DNA of 64,000 nt from Octopus vulgaris. Its lineage: Eukaryota. The DNA lies in assembly GCA_951406725.2 (NCBI GenBank), contig OX597822.1, positions 23,932,001 to 23,996,000 on the forward strand. The letters run 5' to 3'. A program made the translations under genes and the position numbers. Position 1 is the stretch's first letter. The number at the start of each line of letters is the position of its first letter. Below the pieces are notes generated by a model. It did not search any database. It saw nothing but the letters and a program-made list of their open reading frames with translations, and was not told the DNA's origin. This document shows positions 11,403 through 25,314 of the stretch, in pieces.

Positions 11403-11738
11403 CAATATTGTGGTATCATGGTATCAACCACACTATCAGATGTTGTTACACATCGCTGGTCACAATAAGCTTTGCATTGTTTTAGCCTTTGAATGACACC
11501 AACCTGCTGGCTAGGCAAGCAGGCCAACATTCCCTCTAATTAGAAGGCTATTTTATCACAGTGTAACCCATTTACAGCTGAGTGGACTGGAGCAAAAATG
11601 AAATGAAGTGTTTTGCTCAAGAACACAACATGCCACCCAGTCTTGGAATTGACCCCACAAATTTAGCAATCATGAGTGCAACACCCTGACCACGAGACCA
11701 CACACATACAAACACATATATAGCTATATATTAATTTA

Positions 11739-12117
11739 TTCTTTTATCCATTTACTCATTTCAGCCATCTGACTGTGGCCATTCTGGAGCACCACCTTGA
11801 AGGGTTTTAGCAAAACAAATCAACTCCAGGACTTCTCTTTTAAGCCTAGTACCTATTCTCTCAGTCTCTTTTGCCAAACTGCTAAGTTATGGGACATAAA
11901 CACACCAACACCAGTTGTCAAGCAATGATGAGGGAACAAACACCCACACACATATATATATACAATGGGCTTCTTTCAGTTTCCATTTACCAAATCCACT
12001 CACAAAGCTTTGGTCAGTCTGAGGCTATAGTAGAAGACACCCAAGGTACCATGCAGTGGGACTGAACCCAGAACCATGCGGTTGGAAAGCAAGCTTCTTA
12101 CCACACAGCTACACCTG
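11739..12117 (-). mobile_element. SINE family A
   Basis: Reverse-complement match to the family A consensus. Confidence 0.8.
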
Positions 12118-12512
12118 CTCCGATATATATATATATCATCATCATCATCATCATCATCATCATCGTTTATCCGTTATATATACATACATATTTACAAATA
12201 CATATATATTTGTTTATATGTAATTATCTCTATTTATTTATTTATCTACTTACCTAGACACACACACACATCCTACTAACGATAAGATGGTTATTAAATT
12301 ATTTATTATAATCTCCTTGGACTTGGAGCAAGTCCAATGTCTGCAAGTGAAGGATATAATTCTATAATTAATTGAAAGTACTCCAGGTCTTAATGGGTGT
12401 ACTCCCATAAAACATACCTGAAGTAAGTACCAACAACCACACTCATCACTGGCACCGTTTGAATGCTTTCTGCTTCTGTCAGATTCCCATTCACATCTAG
12501 ATTGCTTTATAG

Positions 12513-12805
12513 CAGGGGTCCTCAACCATTTTTTACCTATGGACCCTTTTTGATTACTATTTCATTCTGTAAAACCCCCACAGCCATTCAATGTTTAAAG
12601 ATACTTCTTTCAAAATTCCTGTTTCATTTTTCATACGTTGCCTTGTGTAAGATGAACAATGTAAAACTTTAGAGACCAATGTATAATATATACATCTGGA
12701 GCAAAATTTTTTCAGGTGTCCTTAAAATACTACTTTGTTGGGTGGACTCTCAAAAATTTTATATGGACCTGCAGGGGCCATATAGATCCCAGTTGACAAG
12801 CACTG
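12513..12805. mobile_element. hAT-type MITE
   Basis: Termini caggggtcctcaacc / agttgacaagcactg, with an 8-bp TSD ctttatag (12505-12512) / ctttacag (12806-12813). Confidence 0.8.
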
Positions 12806-12961
12806 CTTTACAGAAATATTAAACTGACCCCAGTACTTGACTGGTGGTTTATATTTTTCCCTGACTCTCCCCTGCTCCCTCTGCTTTTCCCCTCTCTAAC
12901 TTGATGAAAGTAAAGCAAAGATAACCTCGTTAAGCATCCAAGTGAGAATGTAAAAACAGTT

Positions 12962-13214
12962 TTAAAAAATGTAACTAAATGCAGCAGCCATTTTGCCCAA
13001 GACTCTTTCAGGTTCTGGTACATTTAAATTGCTAGAAACAGCAGCAGTGAAACTTCCCTTGAATGGCACCCCATCGAAACTATTATCATTCGCAGCAGCA
13101 GCAGTACCACCACCACCACCACCATCATCCTCACCATCATCATATTTGTCAACACCACCACATTCTCTTTTTTGCTTTTCATCTTCTTTATTACCATCAT
13201 TCCTCAAAACAGTT
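12962..13214 (-). CDS. Candidate terminal exon
   Basis: T-tract plus CAG, then open frame TVLRNDGNKEDEKQKRECGGVDKYDDGEDDGGGGGGTAAAANDNSFDGVPFKGSFTAAVSSNLNVPEPERVLGKMAAAFSYIF*. No homolog recognised. Confidence 0.35.
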
Positions 13215-13717
13215 CTGCTCTTTGTGTACCAAAAAAAAAAATTTATACAGTTCTGGTGAATCTTTTCCATCTTCTCTAACAGCACCACAACCACCATGAG
13301 CACCATCAACATCACCACTGCCACTATCACCACCACCACCACCACCACCAAAACTACCACTATCAACATCACCATGACCAACACTAGAATCAGTACCAAG
13401 CACAGATGCAGTTAAAGCTAATTATGTCATCTTGATGAAAATTAACCAAAAATAAAAAATTAAAAATAAAAGAATTTTAAATGAATAATAGAAAAAAAAA
13501 AGAGTAAAACTCTTCTTGGGCCACATCGCAGCAACCCTCCCCTCATTCATTCTACTAAAACACATCAAGTCATTTAGTGGGTATACTAAGAAATAAAACA
13601 CAAAACTAGTGCTGACAATAATCAACTGTTAATGAGGCTGTTAATTATGGGTGTGGCTGTTTCTGATATGTGTATTTATACACACACACACACGTGTAGA
13701 TATCTATCTATCTCTTT

Positions 13718-13750
<33 letters not shown>

Positions 13751-13827
13751 GAGAGAGAGAGAGAGAGAGAGGGACAGACAGACAGGTAGATAGATATTAT
13801 ATATATAAATATACATACATATATATA

Positions 13828-13860
<33 letters not shown>

Positions 13861-14005
13861 ATATACATACACATACATATATATACATACATAAATATGT
13901 ATATATATATATAATGGTATCAACCAGACAATTGGATGTTGTTATACATCGCTGATCACCATTTTAGGTTTCAAATGATGTCACCTGCCTGGCAAGGTAA
14001 GCAGG

Positions 14006-14058
<53 letters not shown>

Positions 14059-14364
14059 ATATATATATCTTTCAGAAACAACCTAAATAAATAAAAATAA
14101 AACAATAAAAACCAAAGTAAAGATCATGATTACTAATGATGATAATAATAAAACTGATTTCAAATCTTGGCACTAGGCCAGCAATTTTGGGGGTAAGTTG
14201 ATTACACTGACTCCAATACTCAACTGGTATTCATTTTATTGACCCCTCCCCCCACCAAAGGGATGAAGGGCATGTTGGCCTCAGCAGAATTTGAACATAA
14301 AGACAGACAAATGCTGCTAAGCATTTTGTCCAGCATGCTAATGACTCTGCCAGCTTGCCACCTT

Positions 14365-14411
<47 letters not shown>

Positions 14412-14795
14412 CAACAACAATAATAATAATCCTTTCTATGAAAGGCACAAGGCCTGAAATTTAGTGGGAAAGAGGGCTAGTTGATTACATCAACCCCAGT
14501 GTTCAACTGGTACTTAATTTATTGAACCTGATAGGATGAAAGGCAAAGTCAACCTCAGAGGAATTTGAACTTAAAATGTAAAGGGATGGTATGCCGCTAA
14601 CTATTTGGCCAGTTCAAATAAGATCTCCATGTCACACACAAATGGTTGAGATGCATGTGTCTGGTGTACCCTTATCAAATGAGTAGTCAGGATGGATATA
14701 TTGGGCTTCATATATTTGTACTCCAGTGTCACTTCATGCCATGCACTGTTCTCTCACTCAGAAATAATAATAATAATAATGATAATAATAATAAC

Positions 14796-14840
<45 letters not shown>

Positions 14841-15088
14841 CCTTTCTACTATAAGTACAAGGCTTGAAATTTTGGGAGAGGGAGCCAGTTGATTACATCA
14901 AACCTAATATTCAACTGATACTTATTTCATCAACAAGAAAAGGATGAAAGGTAAAGTTGACTTCAGCGGAATTTGAACCCAGAATGTAAGGACAGATGAG
15001 ATGTTGCTAAGCATTTTGCCCAGCTAACGATTCTGCTAGCTCGCTGCATTTATTATTATTATTATTGTTACTGCTGCTGCTGCTGCTG

Positions 15089-15148
<60 letters not shown>

Positions 15149-15185
15149 ATAATAATAATAATAATAATAATAAAATTTTAATAAT

Positions 15186-15740
15186 ATGCCCTGATGCAGT
15201 ACCAGACAATGGCTCTCATGGCTTCTGATCTTATCTGATTGGAAGTGTTATCCTGTACATGTTTTGTCTTGGTATAAAAGAGGGGCTTACAACAAATATT
15301 CTGCTTAATACCACAGATTTGCTTGTCAGTTGTTTGACCTTAACCAGTTGAGCAGGTCCCTTAGTGGCTGACGATATGTGCATCTCTGATCACAAGCAGA
15401 AGTAGTGGGGCAGCATCATAGTCATGCATTGAGAGGAATAATTTGAAGTCTGAATAATTCAACTCTGGAAACGGGTGTTTCGTTCAACATCCTTAAAGAA
15501 CCCTTATCCAGGGACCTTTTGAGCAGGATGAGCTACTCAACCTGAAGAAAATTCTAACTGGGCCCCACCTACAAAGTCATGCACTGTTTATCTTGATATG
15601 AGATCAGTATGATGCACACATATGGCTTTGATGCAAGTGCCTTGTGTACCCTTATTAGACGGGTAGTCATGATGGGTATACTGGGCTTCATATATATTTA
15701 TCCCAGTGTCACTTTGATGGCATGAACTGCTCTCTCACTC
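15186..15740 (+). mobile_element. About 555-bp non-coding element family D inserted in (AAT)n
   Basis: Starts atgccctgatgcagtacc directly after aat repeats and ends gctctctcactc(aat)n. Other copies at 14610-14760, 20688-20911 (-), 46615-46893, 48608-49010, 50948-51189 (-). Confidence 0.8.
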
Positions 15741-16698
15741 AATAATAATAGTTTGTAATTTAGGCACAATGCCAACAATTCATAAAATGAGTGGGTTAAT
15801 CAACCCCACCAATTAACCCTGAATGGATGTAATGTAAAGTTGTCTTTGGTGGAATTTGAACTCAGAACATTAACAGACATAATGAAATAGTGTGAGGCAT
15901 TTGGTTTCATGGTTTATAAAGATGAGGAGGAGGAAGAGAAGAAGGGTGAGATGAAGGCAGAGGAGCAGATGAAGGAGCAGGCAAAGCAGGAGTAAGAGAC
16001 AAAGTGGGAGGGGGAGATGGTCGTAAGAGAGGGAGCAGGAGGGGTGGAGGAGGGGGAAGAGGCAACAAAGGCCATCGTGTAGGGAGGCAATGATGATGAT
16101 AATAATGATAGAGATGATGATGATGATTATAGTGATGATGATAATGATAATGATAGTGATGGTGATGATGACAATGATGATGATCATCATCATCATCACC
16201 ATCATTATCATCAAGGTGTTCTATTTGGTTGCGTTGCTATGGCATGTTTTTTGACAAGGTAGGATTTCTGATACAAACCTAATCTTGGAATCTAGTAACC
16301 ATGGTGATGTGTAAATATTTACCTTCTAATTAGAAAACAGGTTATTTGATCTTTTGCAGGTAAATTCCTTTCCTAATAGACATCAGAGTGTGAGTGAAGC
16401 CTTTCTCTCGCATAGGCTGATAAACTCAAGAGTGAGTAAATCCTTTCGTGTGTATATAAGTGGGTGTGTCTGCATACATCTTAATGTGTGTGTGTGTGTA
16501 TGTTAAAATGTAGGTATAGGATTGTGCTAAAATGTGTGTGAAGGGGGGAAAATACGTATGTGTATGAGTGTGTGTGTCTCTCTTGTGCTGGTGTCTGTGT
16601 GTGTACACACTCATATGTATGCGAGTGCATGTGTGCACTTATATGCATATGTGTGTGTATATTTGTTGTGCTTGTATGTACTTATACAGGGCCATTGT

Positions 16699-17080
16699 GG
16701 AGGTGTAATGGCCCTGTGGTTAGGGCAGCAGACTCACAGTCGTAGGATCGCAGTTTCAATTCCCAGACAGGGCGTTGTGAGTGTTTATTGAGCAAAAACA
16801 CCTAAAGCTCCATGAGGCCCCAGCAGGGGGTGGTGGCGAACCCTGCTGTATTCTTTCACTGTAACTTTCTCTCACTCTTCCTTCCTGTTACTGTTGTACC
16901 TGTATTTCAAAGGGCCGGCATTGTCACACTCTGTGTCACGCTGAATCTCCCCGAGAACTACTTTAAGAGTACTACACATGCCTGTGGAGTACTCAGCCAC
17001 TTACACGCTAATTTCACAAGCAGGCTGTTCCATTGATCAGATCAACTGGAACCTTCATCATCATAACCGATGGAGTGCCA
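16699..17080 (+). mobile_element. tRNA-derived SINE family F, tail type 1
   Basis: tRNA-like head tggccc.gtggttagggcagc.gactc....g.tttc.attcc. The first ~190 bp are shared with the 21456 copy. Confidence 0.75.
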
Positions 17081-17119
17081 CTCATGTACTCATATATATG
17101 TGTATATATATATATATAT

Positions 17120-17357
17120 CTTTTATATTTTACTTGTTTCAGTCATTAGATTGTGGCCATGCTGGGGTACTGCCTTGAGGAGTTTAGTGGAACAAATAAA
17201 TTCTAGTACTTATATCTTTTAAGGCCTGGTATTTATTTTATCAGTTTCCTTTTTGTCACTCTGCTAAGCTACAGGAACATAAACAAACCATCACTGGTTA
17301 TCTAGTGGTGGTCAGGGACAAACACAAAGGTGCACACACATATATATGTGTACACAT

Positions 17358-17403
<46 letters not shown>

Positions 17404-17633
17404 ACACACACAGATATATATACATACATATATGCATGTATGTATTTATGTATGTACATACATACATACATACAATGGGATTCTTCAGTTCTCAGCAATC
17501 AATTCCAATCACAAGGATTTGGTCAGCCTGGGGCTATAGTAGGAGACACTTACCCAAGGTGTCACATAGTGGGACTGAAACTGGAACCACGTGGCTCGGA
17601 AGCATACTTCTAACCACACAGCCATGCTTGATG
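17120..17633 (-). mobile_element. SINE family A (diverged, internal microsatellite expanded)
   Basis: Reverse-complement match to the family A consensus. Confidence 0.75.
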
Positions 17634-18456
17634 CACATGTGTGCATACTCACTTGTGCATGTATGTGCACTCATATGTATGTATGTGCAAGTGTGTAGTC
17701 ACTGTTTTATATCGTTGTTGTAGTTGTAATAGTTAATATTTAGCCCCAGGGAAACCATGATCAAGAACATTTTATGATCAAAGGCATTCCAGCCATGACC
17801 ATCCCATCTATTTCTAACATACAGGAAACCCTCATCTACATTATCCACCGGCGTTTTTTACAGCAGAAGAGAGAATACCTTGTAGTATTTATTCTTGTTC
17901 TCTGTGCTCTGAGTTCAAGTCTCATGGAGGTCAATTTTCCCCAGTACCAGCCAAATAATGGGGCTGATTCTTCCTCTTTTTCTTACTCGGCCTATCTCTC
18001 TTGCTGTTACTCTGTCTCTCTCCCCCTTTCTTTTTGTCTCAAATTAAAATAGAGAATTTACATTAGGATGCACAGAAACGAGTGCACATGTACACATACA
18101 CACACACCATTACATATTTAAGCATAGATATATATACAGATGAATGCACACACAGTTACACTTATGAGCAGACACACACACATATGAATGCAAATATGCA
18201 AATACACAAGCACACACATGTGCACATGCATGAGTGCACACACACGTATATACAAGTGCACATACTCCTCCCCTCTCTTACTCTCTTTTTCTTTGGATCA
18301 GTTGTGTGGCACAATGAGAAGGATCATAAGGAATCAACTACAGCATCCCTTTCTCAAGAAACAGAAGGGGTTAAGCAAAGAATGAACAGCTTCTTCTCAA
18401 TTAAAGAAAAATAACCCAAAAGAAGTGAGACAATATTGAAAGATCCAAGAACACAC

Positions 18457-18866
18457 CTATTTCTTTACAACCCACAAGGGGCTAAACACAGAGGGGACAA
18501 ACAAGGACAGTCAAATGGATTAAGTCAATTTTATTGACCCCAGTGTGTAACTGGTACTTATTTAATCGACCCCAAAAGGATGAAAGGCAAAGTCAACCTC
18601 AGTGGAATTTGAACTCAGAACGTAGCAGCAGATGAAATATCTATTTCTTTATTACCCACAAGGGGCTAAACACAGAGAGGACAAACAAGGACAGACAAAT
18701 GGATGAAGTCGATTATATCGACCCCAGTGCATAACTGGTACTTATTTAATTGACCCCAAAAGGATGAAAGGCAAAGTCGACCTTGGCGGAATTTGAACTC
18801 AGAACATAGCGGCAGACGAAATACCGCTAAGAATTTCGCCCGGCGTGCTAACGTTTCTGCAAGCTC
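18457..18866 (-). mobile_element. Tandem pair of young SINE family B subfamily copies
   Basis: Direct repeat 18457-18640 / 18641-18866, each beginning ctatttcttta..acccacaaggggctaaacacagag. CpGs are retained in the second copy. Confidence 0.85.
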
Positions 18867-19269
18867 GATCGATTTACAAAACAGAACCAAAAGAAACAAA
18901 GAAGGCAAAGAAGAATTTGAAGGATCAAGAATTATTAGTTATTAGTGACAGGAGTTATGGAGCCGAAAAGCAAAACAAATGAGAAAAGATGCCTGTATGT
19001 TGTCTGGCATCATGTCATGTCTTGCCAAAGTAGATTTGGTTCCACGAAACTCGAGTTCTATTTAGTAACAACAAACACTGTCATATGATAGATTTTGGTT
19101 GTAATGAGCTGACCAGATTTATAAATAAAAGTTTTCACCTGCAAAGTATTCAGATCAACAGAGCTGTTCTGTGTTGAGAAATATGTTACAGGAAATAACA
19201 ACAACAAAATCAACAGCAGGATGACTAGAATGCCTGGAGTGCTCGTAATAAGCTTCAAAACATCTGGTA

Positions 19270-19670
19270 ATTGAATATTTCAATCTCAACAAAGCTGGTC
19301 TTTTTCAATGGCTTCTGTAGAGTGCATTCTTTGCTATGGAGTTGAAGCCTGAATTCTGAAGGAAGACCTTCAAAATCACCTTGATGATGGGGACAGCAGG
19401 GTTTACATAAGAGACGAAATCATGTCACGGTGCAAGCACAAGACCAAAGAGATTTATGAATACACTTCACCTATGTCTATGCTATTATTGTTCAATGCAG
19501 GGTAGGCTTTGCTGGCTGCTGCTACAGTGCTGAACAGCAGACCATTGGACACTATAGTCTGGACACTTTCACACCTTTAACAGAGGATGAAGATCTCTCA
19601 ATCCCATTGATGTCATTGGCTGAGGCACAAAATATGAAATTCAAGATTTATGAATATTAATGAGGACAGA
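19270..19670 (+). mobile_element. RTE-clade LINE, degenerate C-terminal fragment
   Basis: With frameshifts: KAGLFQ/ASVECILCYGVEA*ILKEDLQNHLD ... GFAGCCYSAEQQTI ... NRG*RSLNPIDVI. Resembles the RTE ESVLLYG.ETWTL...RFAGHC...RGR..TY.DVL region. Confidence 0.65.
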
Positions 19671-19708
19671 TTTCTGACACAGAATTCTCATACATATGTA
19701 CATATATA

Positions 19709-20111
19709 GGCACAGGTATGGCTGTGTGTTAAGAAGCTTGCTTCTGAACCATATGGTTCCGAGTTCAGCCCCATTGCATGGCACCTTGGGCAAGTGTCTT
19801 CTACCAAAACCAGAGGCTGACTAAAGCCTTGTGAGTGGATTTGGTAGATGGAAACTGAAAGAAGCCTGTTGTATGTATATATACATGTATATATTTATGT
19901 GTATGTGTTTGTGTTTGTCCCATACCATCATTACTTGACAACTGATGGTTGTGTTTTTATGTCCTCATAACTTAGCGGTTTGACAAAAGAGACCGATAGA
20001 ATAAGTACTAGGCGTTAAAAAAAATAAGTCCTGAGGTCGATTTTTTCAACTAAAAACCCTTTAAGGTGGTGCTCCAGCATGACTGCAGTCAAATGACTGA
20101 AACAAGTAAAA
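19709..20111 (+). mobile_element. SINE family A
   Basis: Full-length match; starts after tatata. Confidence 0.85.
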
Positions 20112-20360
20112 GTAGAGAGAGAGAAAAAAAAATTATTTCTCCAAAATTCCACATGGCAAAAAAAAAAAATTTCTTGTAAAATAAAACATAATTAAGAAGA
20201 ATAAATAATAAATAAAAAGGGATCATCGGGTGGTGGTGGGGGAAACAGTTATTTCTGGACTTATACAAAGCACCAAAGCTATTTTTCCAGTGTTTATTTC
20301 TAACTTTTTAAAGCAATTTTTGGTCAACAAGGAATAAATAAGCAATGATTAAGGTCTTAC

Positions 20361-20369
20361 TTGAAGTAG
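20361..20369 (-). CDS. Candidate 9-nt microexon (CTACTTCAA)
   Basis: Minus strand reads gttttggttttttag|CTACTTCAA|gtaaga: long U-tract acceptor, strong donor, frame-preserving length. Confidence 0.55.
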
Positions 20370-20487
20370 CTAAAAAACCAAAACAAAAAAAACAACCTTA
20401 AACCCAAACAAATAAATACAAACATTGCTAATACATACATTAATGAAAAATAAATTAAAAACCAAAATAAAATCAAAACAGCCTTAC

Positions 20488-20519
20488 TTTTAGATTTATT
20501 TTCCAATGTTTTACTAAAA
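20488..20519 (-). CDS. Candidate small exon (26 or 32 nt; FSKTLENKSK)
   Basis: Donor AAA|gtaagg at 20487. Tandem acceptors CAG (20521-20520) and TAG (20515-20514); ctaac branch-like motif upstream; 118-nt intron to the microexon. Confidence 0.45.
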
Positions 20520-20923
20520 CTGCTTTAAATACAAATTGGTCTTCGTTAGAAACTGAAGAATCTTAACCAATTCCCAAAGCCGAAACATGAAAATAAACTC
20601 CGGTTACTTAGTGACAAAAGAATTCCATTCACTCAAGAGCCACGTGATGAAATAAAGTAATGAATTATTATTATTATTATTATTATTGAGTGAGTGAGAG
20701 AGCAGTGCCTGCCATCAAAGTGACACAGGGGTAAAATATATGAAGCCCAGTATACCCACCATGACTACCTTTCAGATAAGGGTATACCATGATAAACAGT
20801 GCCTAACCTTGCAGATGGGGCCCAGTTAGGATTTTCTTCAGGTTGAGTAGCCCCTCCTGCTCAAAAGGCCCCTGAATAAGAGTTGTTTAAGGATGTTGAA
20901 TGAAACACCCATTATCATCATCA

Positions 20924-20996
<73 letters not shown>

Positions 20997-21455
20997 GGCA
21001 GCAAGCTGGCAAAATGCTTAGCATGCCAGGTGAAATGCTTAGCAGTATTTTGTCTGCCACTATATTCTGAGTTCAAATTCTGCCAAGGAACAAAATCATC
21101 AGAGCATTGGAGAAAATTCCTTGTGACATTTTATCAAAAGACAGTGAGCTGGCAGAATTATTAGAGTATTAGAAAAATATTTCTTGCAGATTTTTGCATT
21201 CTGGGCTCAAATACTACCAAGGTCAAATTTGCCTTTCATCTTTTTGGAGCTCAATCAAATAGAGTTACTAGTCAAGTACTGAGGTTGATGATGTAGTGAT
21301 TAACCCTGCATCTACATCATTCTCACCATCTTCACCACCACCACCATCATCATTATCATCATCAATGATGATGACAAGCATGAAGAAAAATTACTAGAGC
21401 AACAACAACTATACTATTCACAAAGAAGTCAATCAAGACAAGCAGCAGCAGCAGT

Positions 21456-21851
21456 GGAGGCACAATGGCCCAATGGTTAGGGCAGCGGACTCGTGGTCGG
21501 AGGATCGCGGTTTCGTTTCCCAGACCAGGCGTTGTGTGTGTTTATTGAGCGAAAACACCTAAAGCTCAATGAGGCTCCAGCAGGGGGTGGTAGCGACCCC
21601 TGTTGTACTCTTTCGCTCCAACTTTCTCTCACTCTTTCTTCCTGTTTCTTGTCTCCGACTTCCTACGCAACCACTGAGCCTGGATGCGCATTCATCCATC
21701 CGTCAATGCTCTCGGTGCCGAGGGTTGACCTGCTTTCTCTTCTGCGGGTCTAACGAATAGCAAAGGACCACGTTTCAGACTTCTCCCGAGGCGCAATCTT
21801 GCGAGCTCTGGGATGAAGACTGCTTCGCTCAACAAACAAACAAACAAACAA
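21456..21851 (+). mobile_element. tRNA-derived SINE family F, tail type 2, young
   Basis: Same head as 16699, a CpG-rich unique tail, an (AAAC)n end, and agcagca on both flanks (probable TSD). Confidence 0.8.
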
Positions 21852-24699
21852 AGCAGCATTTGCAGCAGCAATGACAGCAACAACAGAAATAATATAAACA
21901 AACATTAACAGAATACAATAGTACAAACCATACAACAACAATATGAAACGCAAGCAAAATCTACCAAACTACTACTACTACTACTACCACCCCCGCCACC
22001 ACCACCACCACTACTACTGCAGCAGTAACATAACTGAAAGTTAATGGCAGTGTTCCAACGTGTGTTTTTGAAATCCTTCTAAAGTAACTACAAATAATAA
22101 ATAACTATATAGCTAAAATAGATAAAACTCAAAGTAAACAATAATGAAAGTAAGATGGATAAAAAATATGGAGAATAAGATTTTTGGTGGTGAGAAACAA
22201 ACAAAAAAAAACAGCTTTGAATTTTTTTTTCCTTTCCTTGTAAAAAAAACATACAATCAAGAATATGAAAAAGTCTACAAAATGTGATAAAACACATTTG
22301 GCTTTTTTCTCTCGAAACAATGATTTATATTGATAAATCATAAATAAGTTTGCATATGCATACATCTTTGCTAAACCTGTATTCAGCATCACTGTGTACA
22401 TAGAAAACTGGACAACTAGTTTCAAATGATTGTTGCCATTTTATCAAGAATATATACTTATGTTTGTCCCAGATATGACTTCAACCCTTTAGCAGCCATA
22501 TTCGCCCCAAAAATATTCGATCTGTTTTGTGTTCAAACTTACCAGATCAGACCTCTCACATTACTCTCTAATGCCATTTTCAAAGTTACAAGACAATGCT
22601 GTGCTTGAGAGGAACTGTCAAGCCAAGTGAAATAATTGTGGTAACTGGCAACCATGCTGGTGGCATGTAAAGAACACCTTTCAAGCATTGGGCCCTATGG
22701 AGGCAAAGTGGCTGAGTTCCTTTTGAGTGTTAGGCCTCATGGAGGCAATGACTGAGACCTTTGGCATTATGTCATGCTTAAGAAGAAGACCCATCAAGCC
22801 AAGCAAAATTGCAGTCGTGGCAGATACCATAAAAGTACCCCAGTGTCACGCAAATGGCATCCGTGGTGGTGGCATGTAAAAGTACCAATTACACACTCAG
22901 GAGTGGTTGGCGTTATGAAAGGCGCCCAGCCATAGAAAACCATGCCAAATCAGACTGGAGTCTGGTGCAGCTTTCTAGCATGCCAACCCTGTCAAACTGT
23001 CCAACCCATGCCAGCATGGACAATGGACATTAAATGATGATGATGATGATGATGATGATGAATGTGAATAAATAAGCAATATAGATGACAGAATAATCTG
23101 AATGCTGAAGGGTTAAACTGCATCTGGTAGAGGGGCACTGGTTTGGAACTTTCAGGGTTTTAAGGAGTGTGGAACCACCTCTTAGCCACTGATATTCCCA
23201 GGTCTACTCTAATCCAGAATAGTGACAACCATCAGGGTTCCAGCTGTGGATTAATTAGCAAGTTATGGCAGAAACTCCAAGCACAAACTCTGACTGCTTC
23301 ATGAATGCCTAGGGAAGTCAGCCTCAACAGCAAATTAAGGAATGGAGTCACTCAGGCAATCCAGTGCCCTTTCTGACACCCCTCCAGGTGGAGCTCTCTA
23401 ACCCTAGAAAGTCACTCCAATGTAAAATCCATAGCATGCTGGTCACTGTAGCCATTTCAGTCCACTGAGACACTGTGGTCTGTCTTCTAAGTTCAAAGAG
23501 TGGAATCAGATTGTACAGACTGACTCTCAATTTAAAACTACTAAGTTCAGGCAGGAAGAAAAGCTTTGCAGCATCAAGAAATGGTTTACCTAACCACATA
23601 AAAGTGTGCTGCTTTTTCTTATAATCTTTGGACATAAAAAAAACTGCCATCATGCTTATGCCATTGCCATTTCTTCATGAATGAAATAGTGTTATGGCCA
23701 TCTTATCAAGAGCATATATCAAGTGCATATACTCATGTTATTACCATCTTAAGAGTGTATGCATATCAAGTGTGTATATACATGTTATTGATATCATAAG
23801 AGTGTGTACATATCAAGTGTGTATACTCATGCTATTGCCATCTTATCAAGAGTTTATACTTGTGTTCATTCTAAAGAGAGAGGCATCAGATTAAAACTAC
23901 TTACTAAAATGTAAAACTTATGAGTATATAAGTGCGGTCATAGCTGTGTGGTAAGAAGCTTGCTTCCCAACCACATGGTTCTGAGTTCAGCCCCACTGCA
24001 TGGCACCTTGGGCAAGTGTCTTCTACTATAGCCACAAGCTGACCAAAGCCTTGTGAGTGGATTTGGTAGACAGAAACTGAAAGAAGCCCATTGTGTGTGT
24101 CTGTGTGTGTGTGTGTGTGTCTGTCTGTCCCCTTGCCATTGCTTGACAACCGATGTTGGTACGTTTATCATCATCATCATCATCATCGTTTAACATCCGC
24201 TTTCCATGCTGGCATGGGTTGGACGATTTAACTGAGGACTGGTGAACCAGATGGCTGCACCAGGCTCCAATCTTGATCTGGCAGAGTTTCTACAGCTGGA
24301 TGCCCCTGTCCCTGTAATTTAGCAGTTCATCAAAGAGACCAAGAGAATAAGTACTAAGTATACAAAGAATAAGTCCTGGGGGGGGGATTTTTTCAACTAA
24401 AACCCTTTAAGGTGGTGCTCCAACATGGCCACTAACAAATGACTGAAATACGTATAAGAATAAAAGAATAAAAGGAATAGGTCCTGTGTTGGTCGAGGTT
24501 TACTATGCATTTGCAGATGTATGTGCAGGCCTTGGCAAGATCTTTTGAGGAAGACAAGAGGTTGCTCGAGAGGGCAAGTCTTTCCTCTCCACATTAAGAT
24601 GCTCATCCAAAAGGAAGGCTGCTGATTTTGGCTGATACAGCCTGACACCAACCAGTGTCACTATAGATGTTACTGTCAGGACTCAAAGAGTAGGGGCAG

Positions 24700-24840
24700 A
24701 TACTGCAAATGATAGACAAAATGCTGCTAACGATGATGATGATGACGATGGTGGTGGTGGTGGTGATGATAATGATGATGATGATGGTGATGATGATGAC
24801 GATGGTGGTGGTGGTGGTGATGATAATGGTGATGATGATG

Positions 24841-24872
<32 letters not shown>

Positions 24873-25130
24873 AGTGGTGGTGGTGATGATAATGGTGATG
24901 ATGATGATGCTGGTGATGATGATGACGATGGTGGTGGTGGTGGTGATAATGATGATGATGATGATGGTGATGATGATGTTGTTGGTGGTGGTGATGATAA
25001 TGGTGATGATGATGATGATGATGATGATGCTGGTGATGATGATGGTGATGATGGTGGTGGTGGTGATGATGATAATGGTGATGATGATGATGATGATGAT
25101 GATGTGGTGGTGGTGATGATGATGATAATT
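24700..25130. repeat. Compound (GAT)n/(GGT)n microsatellite with higher-order reiteration
   Basis: Directly visible; source of the spurious poly-Ser/Pro and poly-Met/Val ORFs. Confidence 0.9.
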
Positions 25131-25157
25131 TGGTTATATAAGTTGTTACACAAAAAT

Positions 25158-25314
25158 AGTACAGAATTGCTGCAGAAAGTTATGTTGCTTAGAACAGCAA
25201 GGATCATAAGAAGAAGAGAGTCCTTGAGACCTGAGGCGGCTGGTTGTAGCTTGTTCTCAAGAAGAAATTATTCTGGTTCAACACTCTCAGACTGAGATAA
25301 CCCACGAATAATAA
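25158..25314 (+). mobile_element. R4/Dong-like (restriction-like endonuclease) LINE extreme 3' end
   Basis: STELLQKVMLLRTARIIRR matches the LQK..LLGTARI.R C-terminal motif; short 3' UTR ending aataataat. Confidence 0.6.

Noticed and set aside
18300-18414. Plus-strand exon-like segment VVWHNEKDHKES...
   Set aside because: No supporting plus-strand exons; lies upstream of a degenerate LINE and is probably part of it.
21456-21530. tRNA gene
   Set aside because: The tRNA-like region is the head of a SINE that continues into a repeat body.
23348-23653. 101-aa minus-strand ORF, possibly a LINE C-terminus
   Set aside because: No diagnostic motif recognised with confidence.
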